From Agarilytica rhodophyticola (GTDB lineage Bacteria; Pseudomonadota; Gammaproteobacteria; Pseudomonadales; Cellvibrionaceae): a stretch of DNA of 24,000 bases. Shown here piece by piece: positions 8,262 to 15,242 of this stretch; the first letter of the stretch is position 1; every line of letters starts with the position of its first letter. Where the stretch lies: positions 6,010,991 to 6,034,990 of the forward strand of contig NZ_CP020038.1 in NCBI RefSeq assembly GCF_002157225.2, read 5' to 3'. Under the pieces are notes generated by a model. That model saw only the letters and a list, made by a program, of their open reading frames with translations. It did not search any database and had not been told where the DNA came from. The position numbers and the translations under genes were made by a program.

Positions 8262-10358
8262 AGGATTATTAATTGTTAAACCACTATCATGTAGCAGTCA
8301 CGAAAAGTTATAAATTTCAATGGTGTATAATACTTACCGCCACTGTCGGCCTCGACCGCAAATGTAAGGCATATATAACTTATGTGACACCTCCATCATT
8401 CCAAGACAGACAACTGATGTCCCTGCACCTACATTTTCTTCTAACAGCACGTTTAGGTGTTACAACACCCTTATAAATCACATTGTTATCCTGCATTTTT
8501 TACCAGGCTCACAACCGACTTACTTGTCTTTGTATTAGGCTGATATTAGAAGTCATCAGCCTAATTAAGGCTATCCGTACTGTTTAGCGCGTTACCGTAA
8601 CATTTCACACATGACTGGCGCCGATAATCAGTTCACGCTTATCATGCATTCCCTCTATTACCGGGGGTATGCTACACAGGCTAACAATGTGCCATTGTTG
8701 GCTTGTATAATACTTCGTAGAAATACAAAGAGCACATTTTCTTCTTAATATTTGCACATTTCAACGGCATTGTCGCTTTTTTCAACATCAATTTCGCACA
8801 ATTCTAAACGGATCTAGCGTTCAGTAGACCGCTTACAGATACACCACCTTCCCCTCACATTATTCAAACAACAAGGTAAAGATGATTAAAAAAACAAATA
8901 GATTGATTTTTAACCAGAAAATATAAGTGAATATCACGATAAAACTATCACTCAAAAAAATCGCGAAATATAGAGGCCATATTTATATTACTTAAATAAC
9001 GATATTTACCCTGTAAACTGTCTTCTAAACATACAAACGAAAATGTGCGCACCAATATTGCTCATATATTTTCCAATAAAACACCAAGTATCTCAAAGAC
9101 TGTGTGGGGACGAGTGTTTAAGAAATTTGTTTGTTTTTCAAACTAATGTTTGCATGCTAGATTGCGTTCTCTGTGACTCGTTATCCACTTTAATGTAAGT
9201 CATTAAGATTTGAGGACTGATTCAAGATCTCGTCCTGAGTCCATTCTTTTATAAAGCTATATCTAAGGGAAATAGTTTTTTGCAACGAAAAGCTAAGCAA
9301 CAAGTAGCTGAAGAGATACAGGGAGGTTGCTATTGAGAAAGCCAAGAAATTGCCAGTCTTCGCTCATCCACGAGTCAATTTTTGCTTTGGCGTTCTTCTA
9401 TAAGGACAAGTGCCCAAGCCAAGCATTATAGCTAGTCAAAAATCAACATAATATTAATAAACACGTTAATTATTTAACCCCTTTACTGATTAGTAATATG
9501 AGTTACTAACTCCTTTACATTACACTGTAGGTATTATGTAATGACTTGTAATTTAAGTTTTAATCAGGATCAGGTATTTTCATTGTGAAACTCAACAAGT
9601 GAATCTAAGCTGGCACAATTTGCTTCATCATTGAAGCAAAAAAGTACAAATGGCATAGAAATCACATAATTATTTATCACTTAAACTTAGATAGTTTTTA
9701 AGAAAATAAAAAAATACACATTGGAATTTTTATGTAAGTTTTTATTCAATATAGTTTTTTAAAAGCATGTAGAAAGCACCCACTGAGCACTGGAGCTATC
9801 TTAACATACAAATGTAGCACTACAATCGATTGCAGTAAGCTATTGATTGGCTAGGAAAAATAAATCTTATATTTTTATTTTTCATAAGGAAGTTAATTTA
9901 TAAATGGATTATTTAGGTTTTCTACAACTACAGAAATCGAGCCTCAACTCATCTCAAAAAAAAATTACGTCACTTCCATTTAAACGTGACCAACCTTTCC
10001 AGTTGAAAATTTAATTTGTAAAAAATTATTCAATAACATGCAAATTAAAATTTCACAATTATTGAACTTATCAAACTAGTTATATTTCCATTTCAATAAC
10101 TAAGCATATGTGATGACGCATAACTCTCTTTAATTTTGTAAGAACATAAAAAAAACCGTATAGGCAATGAATTAACCCTATAAAAAACTTTTCGTCCCGC
10201 CTAATTTAAACATTCAAAAACCACGTAGGCTAAGTGGGGCCAGTGGCGACTATACCTCTAACGCATCTTAAGAAAATAGGTGCCAAATAAATTAGAAAGC
10301 TCGCCAAAAATGAAATTAGCATCGCTTAGGTAAGCTATTATTTTTTAAGGAATCAGAA

Positions 10359-11831
10359 ATGAAAATTTTCTCAGATACTAATAACTACAAAGCTAATAAT
10401 ATCCAGAGTACCAAAAATCACTATCAGCTACAGTTTTGCCTCACCAAAATATTAGATAGAGCTAACCTCAAGAATGGCGCCATATACTTCTACAAAACAA
10501 ACCAAATTGATGCGCCAAAAAAACCACTAGAACTCTCATTTAACTTTGGAAAAGTTCCTGCTGAACAATGTACTAGCTATCCAATTCTTTACCAAAGAAA
10601 AAAGATTGGGGACTTACTTTTAGATAAAGATCAAGAATCTCAAGAGCAGATCTATAACTTGTCCGAGATAACAAAAAGCATGGCACTATTATTTAAACGT
10701 TTCAAAACTAATGAATGTGCTGACCAAGCAGGTAGTGAATATCCTGTTCTTGTTGGGTTTAGCGAACAATCATTGGCCTTGGAAAGTTTTATAGAAAAAT
10801 CATCCGATAGCATCTCCCCTGTCATTATCGAAGGTGACCACGGAAATGAAATGTCAGCAATTGCAAGAGCAATACACGATAATAGCCACCTGATTAAAAA
10901 GAAATATAGAGAGATAGATTGCTCAACCAGTAGCAATATAGACGAGAGAATAAAGCAAGCATGGAAAGAAAGTATAGGTGGTAGCCTTTATCTACACGAG
11001 ATCAATGAATTATCCCTAGAGTTACAATGTCATTTAATACAGCTATTACATGGCGACGTAAAAATTATAGCATCATCAACTCGACCACTAGAACAGTTGG
11101 TACACGAAGGGAAATTTTATCGTCAATTATATACCGCACTGAATTTTCTCAAAATACATATCCCTCCACTAAGAGAGCGAAAAGAAGACATCCCATATAT
11201 GCTGAATCAACTGATTCTAAAATATAGATGCTACGATAACCAAACATTAACTGAAGAAACAAAGCAAGCTTTGTATAATTTTGATTGGCCTGAAAATTAT
11301 ATGCAACTCGAACGAGTAATGGCTAAGCTGCTAGCCCTATCAAATAGTAATCCTATAGAACTTCACGAACTAAAACTGGTACTACCTACCATATGCTCAA
11401 ATATTAAAAACAACGAAAATCTATATCCTATACCAACAAAAATAGATTTACTAGGTTGCTTAATAAATAAAGATTATCGTGAACTATCAGGGTTACACAT
11501 TGCATTGAGAAGGTCTCTGCAATACCTAGCCGAAAATTACTCTGAAAGCATTACCCTAGAGAAGCTCTCCATGAAAGCGCATGTTAGTTCATCACACTTA
11601 TCCTTTCTATTTAAATATCACTTAAATAAGAGCTTCAAAAAAGTTCTTGCAGAACTTCGAATAGAACAAGCCAAAAGACTATTCGAAAACTACCCTTACA
11701 AACGGGTTACCGACATATGTCTTGAAGTGGGTTTCGGGGATCTCAGTCATTTCGAGAAAATATTCAAACGCTATACAAAAATGACACCAAGAAGCTATAA
11801 AGATAGTTTCCATAGAAAATGTTTCTATTGA
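10359..11831 (+). CDS. transcriptional regulator: GAF-like N-domain + degenerate sigma-54-activator-type AAA+ domain + AraC-type HTH
   Basis: Central region aligns to the bEBP core (LVGFSEQSLALESFIEKSSDSISPVIIEG..., GGSLYLHEINELSLELQCHLIQLL, EGKFYRQLYTALN...IHIPPLRERKEDIPYML, FDWPENYMQL). The C-terminus is a typical AraC/XylS double HTH (ITLEKLSMKAHVSSSHLSFLFKYHLNKSFKKVLAELRIEQAKRLF....VTDICLEVGFGDLSHFEKIFKRYTKMTPRSY). Confidence 0.85.
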   Translation: MKIFSDTNNYKANNIQSTKNHYQLQFCLTKILDRANLKNGAIYFYKTNQIDAPKKPLELSFNFGKVPAEQCTSYPILYQRKKIGDLLLDKDQESQEQIYNLSEITKSMALLFKRFKTNECADQAGSEYPVLVGFSEQSLALESFIEKSSDSISPVIIEGDHGNEMSAIARAIHDNSHLIKKKYREIDCSTSSNIDERIKQAWKESIGGSLYLHEINELSLELQCHLIQLLHGDVKIIASSTRPLEQLVHEGKFYRQLYTALNFLKIHIPPLRERKEDIPYMLNQLILKYRCYDNQTLTEETKQALYNFDWPENYMQLERVMAKLLALSNSNPIELHELKLVLPTICSNIKNNENLYPIPTKIDLLGCLINKDYRELSGLHIALRRSLQYLAENYSESITLEKLSMKAHVSSSHLSFLFKYHLNKSFKKVLAELRIEQAKRLFENYPYKRVTDICLEVGFGDLSHFEKIFKRYTKMTPRSYKDSFHRKCFY

Positions 11832-11929
11832 AAGAAGTTCACTAATTTAACTGATTTATTCATATATTAGTCCAATTAAGCCTAATCAAATGGACTTATT
11901 ATTTACACAAATAAAAAATAGGAAAAGAT

Positions 11930-12148
11930 ATGAGTAACTCAACACCACAAGAGATATGTAATACTTTAATTAAGGAATATGATCCAAAAATTTCAAGTTT
12001 AATGTTAGTTCAAGTGGTAGCTCAGTCACTGGGAAATGCAGCACAAAATGCTACTTTTTCGCAACAGCAGCAAAACATAATAATAAATACGAATACAGCT
12101 ATAAGTGCAAGCCTTCTCCACTCTATAGGTTCTGCATATTCACAATAG
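11930..12148 (+). CDS. Reb-like small protein, short subfamily (B1)
   Basis: 72 aa with AGGA RBS at a 6-nt spacer. Carries the core VAQSLGNAAQNATFSQQQQN shared with the RebB-like paralogs downstream, but lacks their N-terminal VNEQxTDSVTQ motif. Confidence 0.65.
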   Translation: MSNSTPQEICNTLIKEYDPKISSLMLVQVVAQSLGNAAQNATFSQQQQNIIINTNTAISASLLHSIGSAYSQ

Positions 12149-12231
12149 TGATTTCGTTCTTCGCCAAATTTAAAAGGGACACGTAAAACGAAGTCAAATA
12201 GATTTCATTAATATATAACAGAGGTAATAGT

Positions 12232-12492
12232 ATGCCAGTAAATGAACAAGTTACAGATTCAGTCACACAAGTAAACTCAAAAGTTGTTGGCGAAACGCCG
12301 GCTATGACAATGGGCAATATAATTTTATCATCAGGGCAAGCACTAAGCACGTCAGCTTTAAATGTTGCCAGTGGGCTAAACCATGGAAGCATTACAATGC
12401 AAGCCGCAACTATACAAGGTATTAACTCTCTAGTAGCGACTGGCACATCAGTGCTAGGTCGTGTGTCTGAGGAAGTTGTTGAAAAAGGTTAA
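12232..12492 (+). CDS. RebB / 'killing trait' family R-body subunit paralog (A1, divergent centre)
   Basis: 86 aa with GAGG RBS at a 7-nt spacer. N-terminus is MPVNEQVTDSVTQVNSKVVGETPAMTMG, C-terminus ITMQAATIQGINSL...GRVSEEVVEKG. It is paralogous to 12671 and 14311. The antisense ORF 12123..12446 is a shadow. Confidence 0.88.
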   Translation: MPVNEQVTDSVTQVNSKVVGETPAMTMGNIILSSGQALSTSALNVASGLNHGSITMQAATIQGINSLVATGTSVLGRVSEEVVEKG

Positions 12493-12670
12493 TTTTATAA
12501 TGAGAGGAATTAGCTCTACAAAATTACTTTATTTCGGTAGTCTTTTAGAGCATTGATTCGCTTATACTTATTAGTTTGTTAACTAATAATATGATCGAAA
12601 GGGCTAGTACAGCCAATTAAAACGATGTTTTATTACATCATGTTAAACTATTTAAATTAGGATTTTAATT

Positions 12671-12934
12671 ATGCCAGTAAATGAACAAGTTACAGATTCG
12701 GTTACACAAGTAAATACTAAAGTTGTCGGTGAAACACCAGCGATGGCAATGGGTAATTTACTTATGTCAACAAGCCAAGCTTTAGGTAACGCTGCACATA
12801 ACGCTACTGCAGCACAACAACAAGCACAAATAACAATGCAGGCTGCCACAGTACAAGGTGTTAATTCACTAATGTCTATTGGTAGCTCCGTTATCGGGCG
12901 TAGTGCAGAAGGAATTATTGAGAAAGACGGTTAG
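12671..12934 (+). CDS. RebB / 'killing trait' family R-body subunit paralog (A2)
   Basis: 87 aa: MPVNEQVTDSVTQVNTKVVGETPAMAMGNLLMSTSQALGNAAHNATAAQQQAQITMQAATVQGVNSL. This matches my recollection of the PF11747 RebB signature (INSQITDSVTQ...LG..PA.AMG.LYQ...hs.GLAMQNAV..QQ). A strong terminator follows. Confidence 0.9.
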   Translation: MPVNEQVTDSVTQVNTKVVGETPAMAMGNLLMSTSQALGNAAHNATAAQQQAQITMQAATVQGVNSLMSIGSSVIGRSAEGIIEKDG

Positions 12935-12952
12935 TAAGTTGCATTAGATTTT

Positions 12953-12990
12953 AACCTTCATTACGTGAGAAAACGTAATGAAGGTTTTAA
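12953..12990 (+). terminator. rho-independent terminator after reb paralog A2
   Basis: Perfect 13-bp stem aaccttcattacg (12953-12965) / cgtaatgaaggtt (12974-12986), with 8-nt loop tgagaaaa, followed by tt. It lies 19 nt after the stop. Confidence 0.75.
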
Positions 12991-13046
12991 TAGTTCCCTC
13001 CTACTATTAGACTGTTCACTCTTTTATAACTAACGGCAGAAAAGCA

Positions 13047-13358
13047 ATGTCAAATATCAATCAACCCCCAGAGCCAAGCTATACAGCAGTTGCAAATGCG
13101 CAACAATCAATCGCACAATCTACAGCCTTAGCGTTAGCAGATGCTACAGATAATTTAAGAAACCTTAATACATTAAGCACCACAGCCATAGGCGTAGCAT
13201 TATCACAATATATAGAAACAGGTGACGAAAAATTTAGCTCAATTATTGAAGAGGCACAGCAAGTCGTAACTAGAGGCACAGAAAACTTTAGCGCTGTAGG
13301 CGAGAAAATTGCTGTTGTATTACATGAAAAAAATGACTCAGAAAAAACTGAAAAATAA
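13047..13358 (+). CDS. Reb-associated small protein, subfamily C (C1)
   Basis: 103 aa. Clear paralog of 14948..15214 (compare AQQSIAQSTALALADATDNLRNLNTLSTTAIGVALSQYIETGDEKF with AQQAVAQTTAIAVQDAADNLRNISTVTSTAIGVALAQLLATGDEKY). Ala/Thr/Gln-rich helical, with a distant resemblance to the Reb core. The antisense ORF 13079..13375 is a shadow. Confidence 0.75.
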   Translation: MSNINQPPEPSYTAVANAQQSIAQSTALALADATDNLRNLNTLSTTAIGVALSQYIETGDEKFSSIIEEAQQVVTRGTENFSAVGEKIAVVLHEKNDSEKTEK

Positions 13359-13573
13359 AAATTTACCAATTTCATTTACTTTTAAACATTAAAATGATCT
13401 TTCTATGCTCTATAGCATATTGGTATTAAAACAAGCATATAACGTAAACAGAGATAAACTTATCATCATTTTACCCGATTATTTACTATATTCATCGAAT
13501 ATTCTTTGCTTTATAAATAGTACCTTTTAGTTTTTGTTAAGAATAACCCAAAACAAACATGATAGGAAACAAC

Positions 13574-14023
13574 ATGAATGAAACTGAAAGTAAAGGCACA
13601 GAATCCGAGAGCACACCTGAAGAAATAAATCCTTTTTCAAGTCAAGCTACAGGTTTGGTGGAGACAACTTTCGCCGAAACTCTAGGCCTGGCTATGCACA
13701 ACGCAGTGACAAATCAACAAAACTCTCAAATGACAGCTTCGGCTTCTATAACAAATGCTTGTGCTCGTTTATTGCAATCGCCTACTCCTAAAAAACCAAA
13801 GCCAAAATCAAAGGCGCTTAATGATAATGAATCAAGTAAGGAAATTGATTCGGAAGATGGAAAGGATGATAAGAATGCATTATCGAAGAAACCGAAGTCT
13901 TGGTTAAACGTTAAAAATTTTATGAAGCGAAAACCAAAAGATGAAACTCCAGCACCGGATGAATCGGATGATGATCATCTAGAAAGTAAACAACAGTCCA
14001 CGGCACCAAAGAATGAAGAATAA
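13574..14023 (+). CDS. Reb-like short-subfamily core (B2) fused to a long charged low-complexity tail
   Basis: I prefer the ATG at 13574 (AGGA with 7-nt spacer) over 13559. Core is AETLGLAMHNAVTNQQNSQMTASASITNACARLL, followed by about 85 aa rich in K/P/D/E/S (PTPKKPKPKSK...DDKNALSKKPKSW...KRKPKDETPAPDESDDD). Confidence 0.75.
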   Translation: MNETESKGTESESTPEEINPFSSQATGLVETTFAETLGLAMHNAVTNQQNSQMTASASITNACARLLQSPTPKKPKPKSKALNDNESSKEIDSEDGKDDKNALSKKPKSWLNVKNFMKRKPKDETPAPDESDDDHLESKQQSTAPKNEE

Positions 14024-14277
14024 TGACAGACCTACAAAAGATAATGAATGATATAGATGATCATATCAAGTCTATTTCTGATTTGAATAAAAACCAAATG
14101 AATTTAGTTGATGAATTGGTAAGTAAGAATGAAAAGGATATCGAAGCCTATCAAGCTTTTAATGACGCAGATGAGATCAATGAAAAAGTGGCAAGTATGA
14201 TACAAAAAGTCACAGATGAACTTGATTCGGCAGTAAAAGATATTAAGGATAGAATAAAGGTAGGCGACATGAAATAG
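14023..14277 (+). CDS. small acidic coiled-coil protein (hypothetical, reb-cluster associated)
   Basis: 84 aa. Its start overlaps the previous stop (TAATG at 14021-14025), suggesting translational coupling. Heptad-like, D/E/K-rich sequence with no Reb motif. Confidence 0.6.
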   Translation: MTDLQKIMNDIDDHIKSISDLNKNQMNLVDELVSKNEKDIEAYQAFNDADEINEKVASMIQKVTDELDSAVKDIKDRIKVGDMK

Positions 14278-14310
14278 CAAAGAAAGAAAAATAAATTATG
14301 AGGAAAAATA

Positions 14311-14574
14311 ATGGCAACAGTTAATGAGCAGATTACAGATTCAGTTACTCAAGTGAATACAAAAACACTAGGTGATGCACCCGCGATGGCGATGGGCAGC
14401 CTATTTACCGCCACGAGCCAAGCATTATCAAATGCTGGGTTAAACTCCACCACGTCTCAGCAACATGCGGGAATTACCATGCAGGCAGCTACTGTTCAAG
14501 GAGTCAATTCTTTAGGCGCTATAGGAAGTGCTGTATTAGGAAGGGCAGCGGAAGCTGTTGTTGAAAAAGGATAG
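14311..14574 (+). CDS. RebB / 'killing trait' family R-body subunit paralog (A3)
   Basis: 87 aa with GAGGA RBS at a 6-nt spacer. Sequence MATVNEQITDSVTQVNTKTLGDAPAMAMGSLFTATSQALSNAGLNSTTSQQHAGITMQAATVQGVNSL. This is the closest of the three to the canonical RebB N-terminal motif as I remember it. Confidence 0.9.
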   Translation: MATVNEQITDSVTQVNTKTLGDAPAMAMGSLFTATSQALSNAGLNSTTSQQHAGITMQAATVQGVNSLGAIGSAVLGRAAEAVVEKG

Positions 14575-14585
14575 AACTTAGTTCT

Positions 14586-14611
14586 AGGCCTACTTATAGG
14601 TAGGCCTTTTA
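14586..14611 (+). terminator. rho-independent terminator after reb paralog A3
   Basis: Stem aggcctac (14586-14593) / gtaggcct (14600-14607), 6-nt loop, followed by tttt. It lies 12 nt after the stop. Confidence 0.7.
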
Positions 14612-14724
14612 TGAAGCACTAGAATCGTGAAGCTAAAATATTAAATAATTTAGTAATAGTCTTTTAAAACCTCAAATATAGAATATTCTTCATCCCTTCC
14701 TATCGTCAAATATTCGGGTGTATC

Positions 14725-14907
14725 ATGGCACAAGAAGAGACAGAAAAAATAAGTAATATAATAAACGAATTAAGCGAGGCTACTTTAGCCGATACTATCG
14801 GGTTAATGATGGAAAATGCTGTAACCATACAACAAGGGATGCAAACAGTAACTAATGCTTCAATATCTTCATCTTGTGCTTTAATACTGGCGCAAGGTGG
14901 TGGCTAA
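14725..14907 (+). CDS. Reb-like small protein, short subfamily (B3)
   Basis: 60 aa. Core LADTIGLMMENAVTIQQGMQTVTNASISSSCALILAQG is collinear with B2 (FAETLGLAMHNAVTNQQNSQMTASASITNACARLLQS). The RBS is weak. Confidence 0.65.
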   Translation: MAQEETEKISNIINELSEATLADTIGLMMENAVTIQQGMQTVTNASISSSCALILAQGGG

Positions 14908-14947
14908 TATGTATCTCATAACAATCATAGTTTTTCCTAAATAAACC

Positions 14948-15214
14948 ATGTCAGATAACTCAGCAAAACTCAAAGCTCAACAAGCAGTTGCACAAACAAC
15001 GGCAATCGCTGTGCAAGATGCGGCTGATAATTTACGAAATATTAGCACAGTTACCAGTACAGCAATTGGTGTCGCTTTAGCTCAACTACTCGCTACAGGA
15101 GATGAAAAATACATTAAAGTGATAGATGAGGCAGAAAAAGCTTTGGCGAGTGCTGTTGAAAATTTTGCCACCGTAGGTGAAAAGGCGGCAAAAATATTAG
15201 AAGGATTTTCTTAA
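14948..15214 (+). CDS. Reb-associated small protein, subfamily C (C2)
   Basis: 88 aa. Paralog of 13047..13358 along its whole length (also ENFATVGEKAAKIL versus ENFSAVGEKIAVVL). No obvious SD, but the paralogy supports it as a real gene. Confidence 0.75.
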   Translation: MSDNSAKLKAQQAVAQTTAIAVQDAADNLRNISTVTSTAIGVALAQLLATGDEKYIKVIDEAEKALASAVENFATVGEKAAKILEGFS

Positions 15215-15242
15215 CAAACATAATAATTCTAGAAAGAAAAAT

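Noticed and set aside
8273-8476. 67-aa ORF at the left end of the ORF-free region
   Set aside because: TTG start and no RBS. The translated sequence has no recognisable features, and the ORF overlaps the probable promoter region of the PPIase gene.
9452-9475. Shared 11-mer AACACGTTAAT in both flanking non-coding regions (also near 20007-20020), considered as possible att-like island boundary repeats
   Set aside because: An 11-nt match between ~2.1 kb and ~0.95 kb of AT-rich DNA is roughly what chance predicts. There is no extended identity around it and no integrase nearby.
9611-9626. Sigma-54-like element TGGCACaattTGCT in the long non-coding region, interesting because the downstream regulator has a bEBP-type domain
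   Set aside because: The GG-to-GC spacing is two nucleotides shorter than the strict -24/-12 consensus (TGGCAC-N5-TTGC). The regulator also lacks the GAFTGA loop needed to act on sigma-54. The adjacent hairpin ttgcttca-tcat-tgaagcaa has no downstream T-tract on either strand.
10652-11227. ORFs 10652..10936(-) and 11027..11227(+) inside the regulator gene
   Set aside because: They are fully nested in or out of frame with the 490-aa regulator, which has clear domain signatures.
12123-13375. Antisense ORFs 12123..12446(-), 12652..12849(-) and 13079..13375(-), which overlap the reb genes
   Set aside because: They lie entirely opposite well-supported, paralog-validated + strand genes. Their translations are Cys/Val/Thr-rich mirror images of the Ala/Thr/Gln-rich Reb proteins, and they lack RBSs. 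They are classic shadow ORFs.
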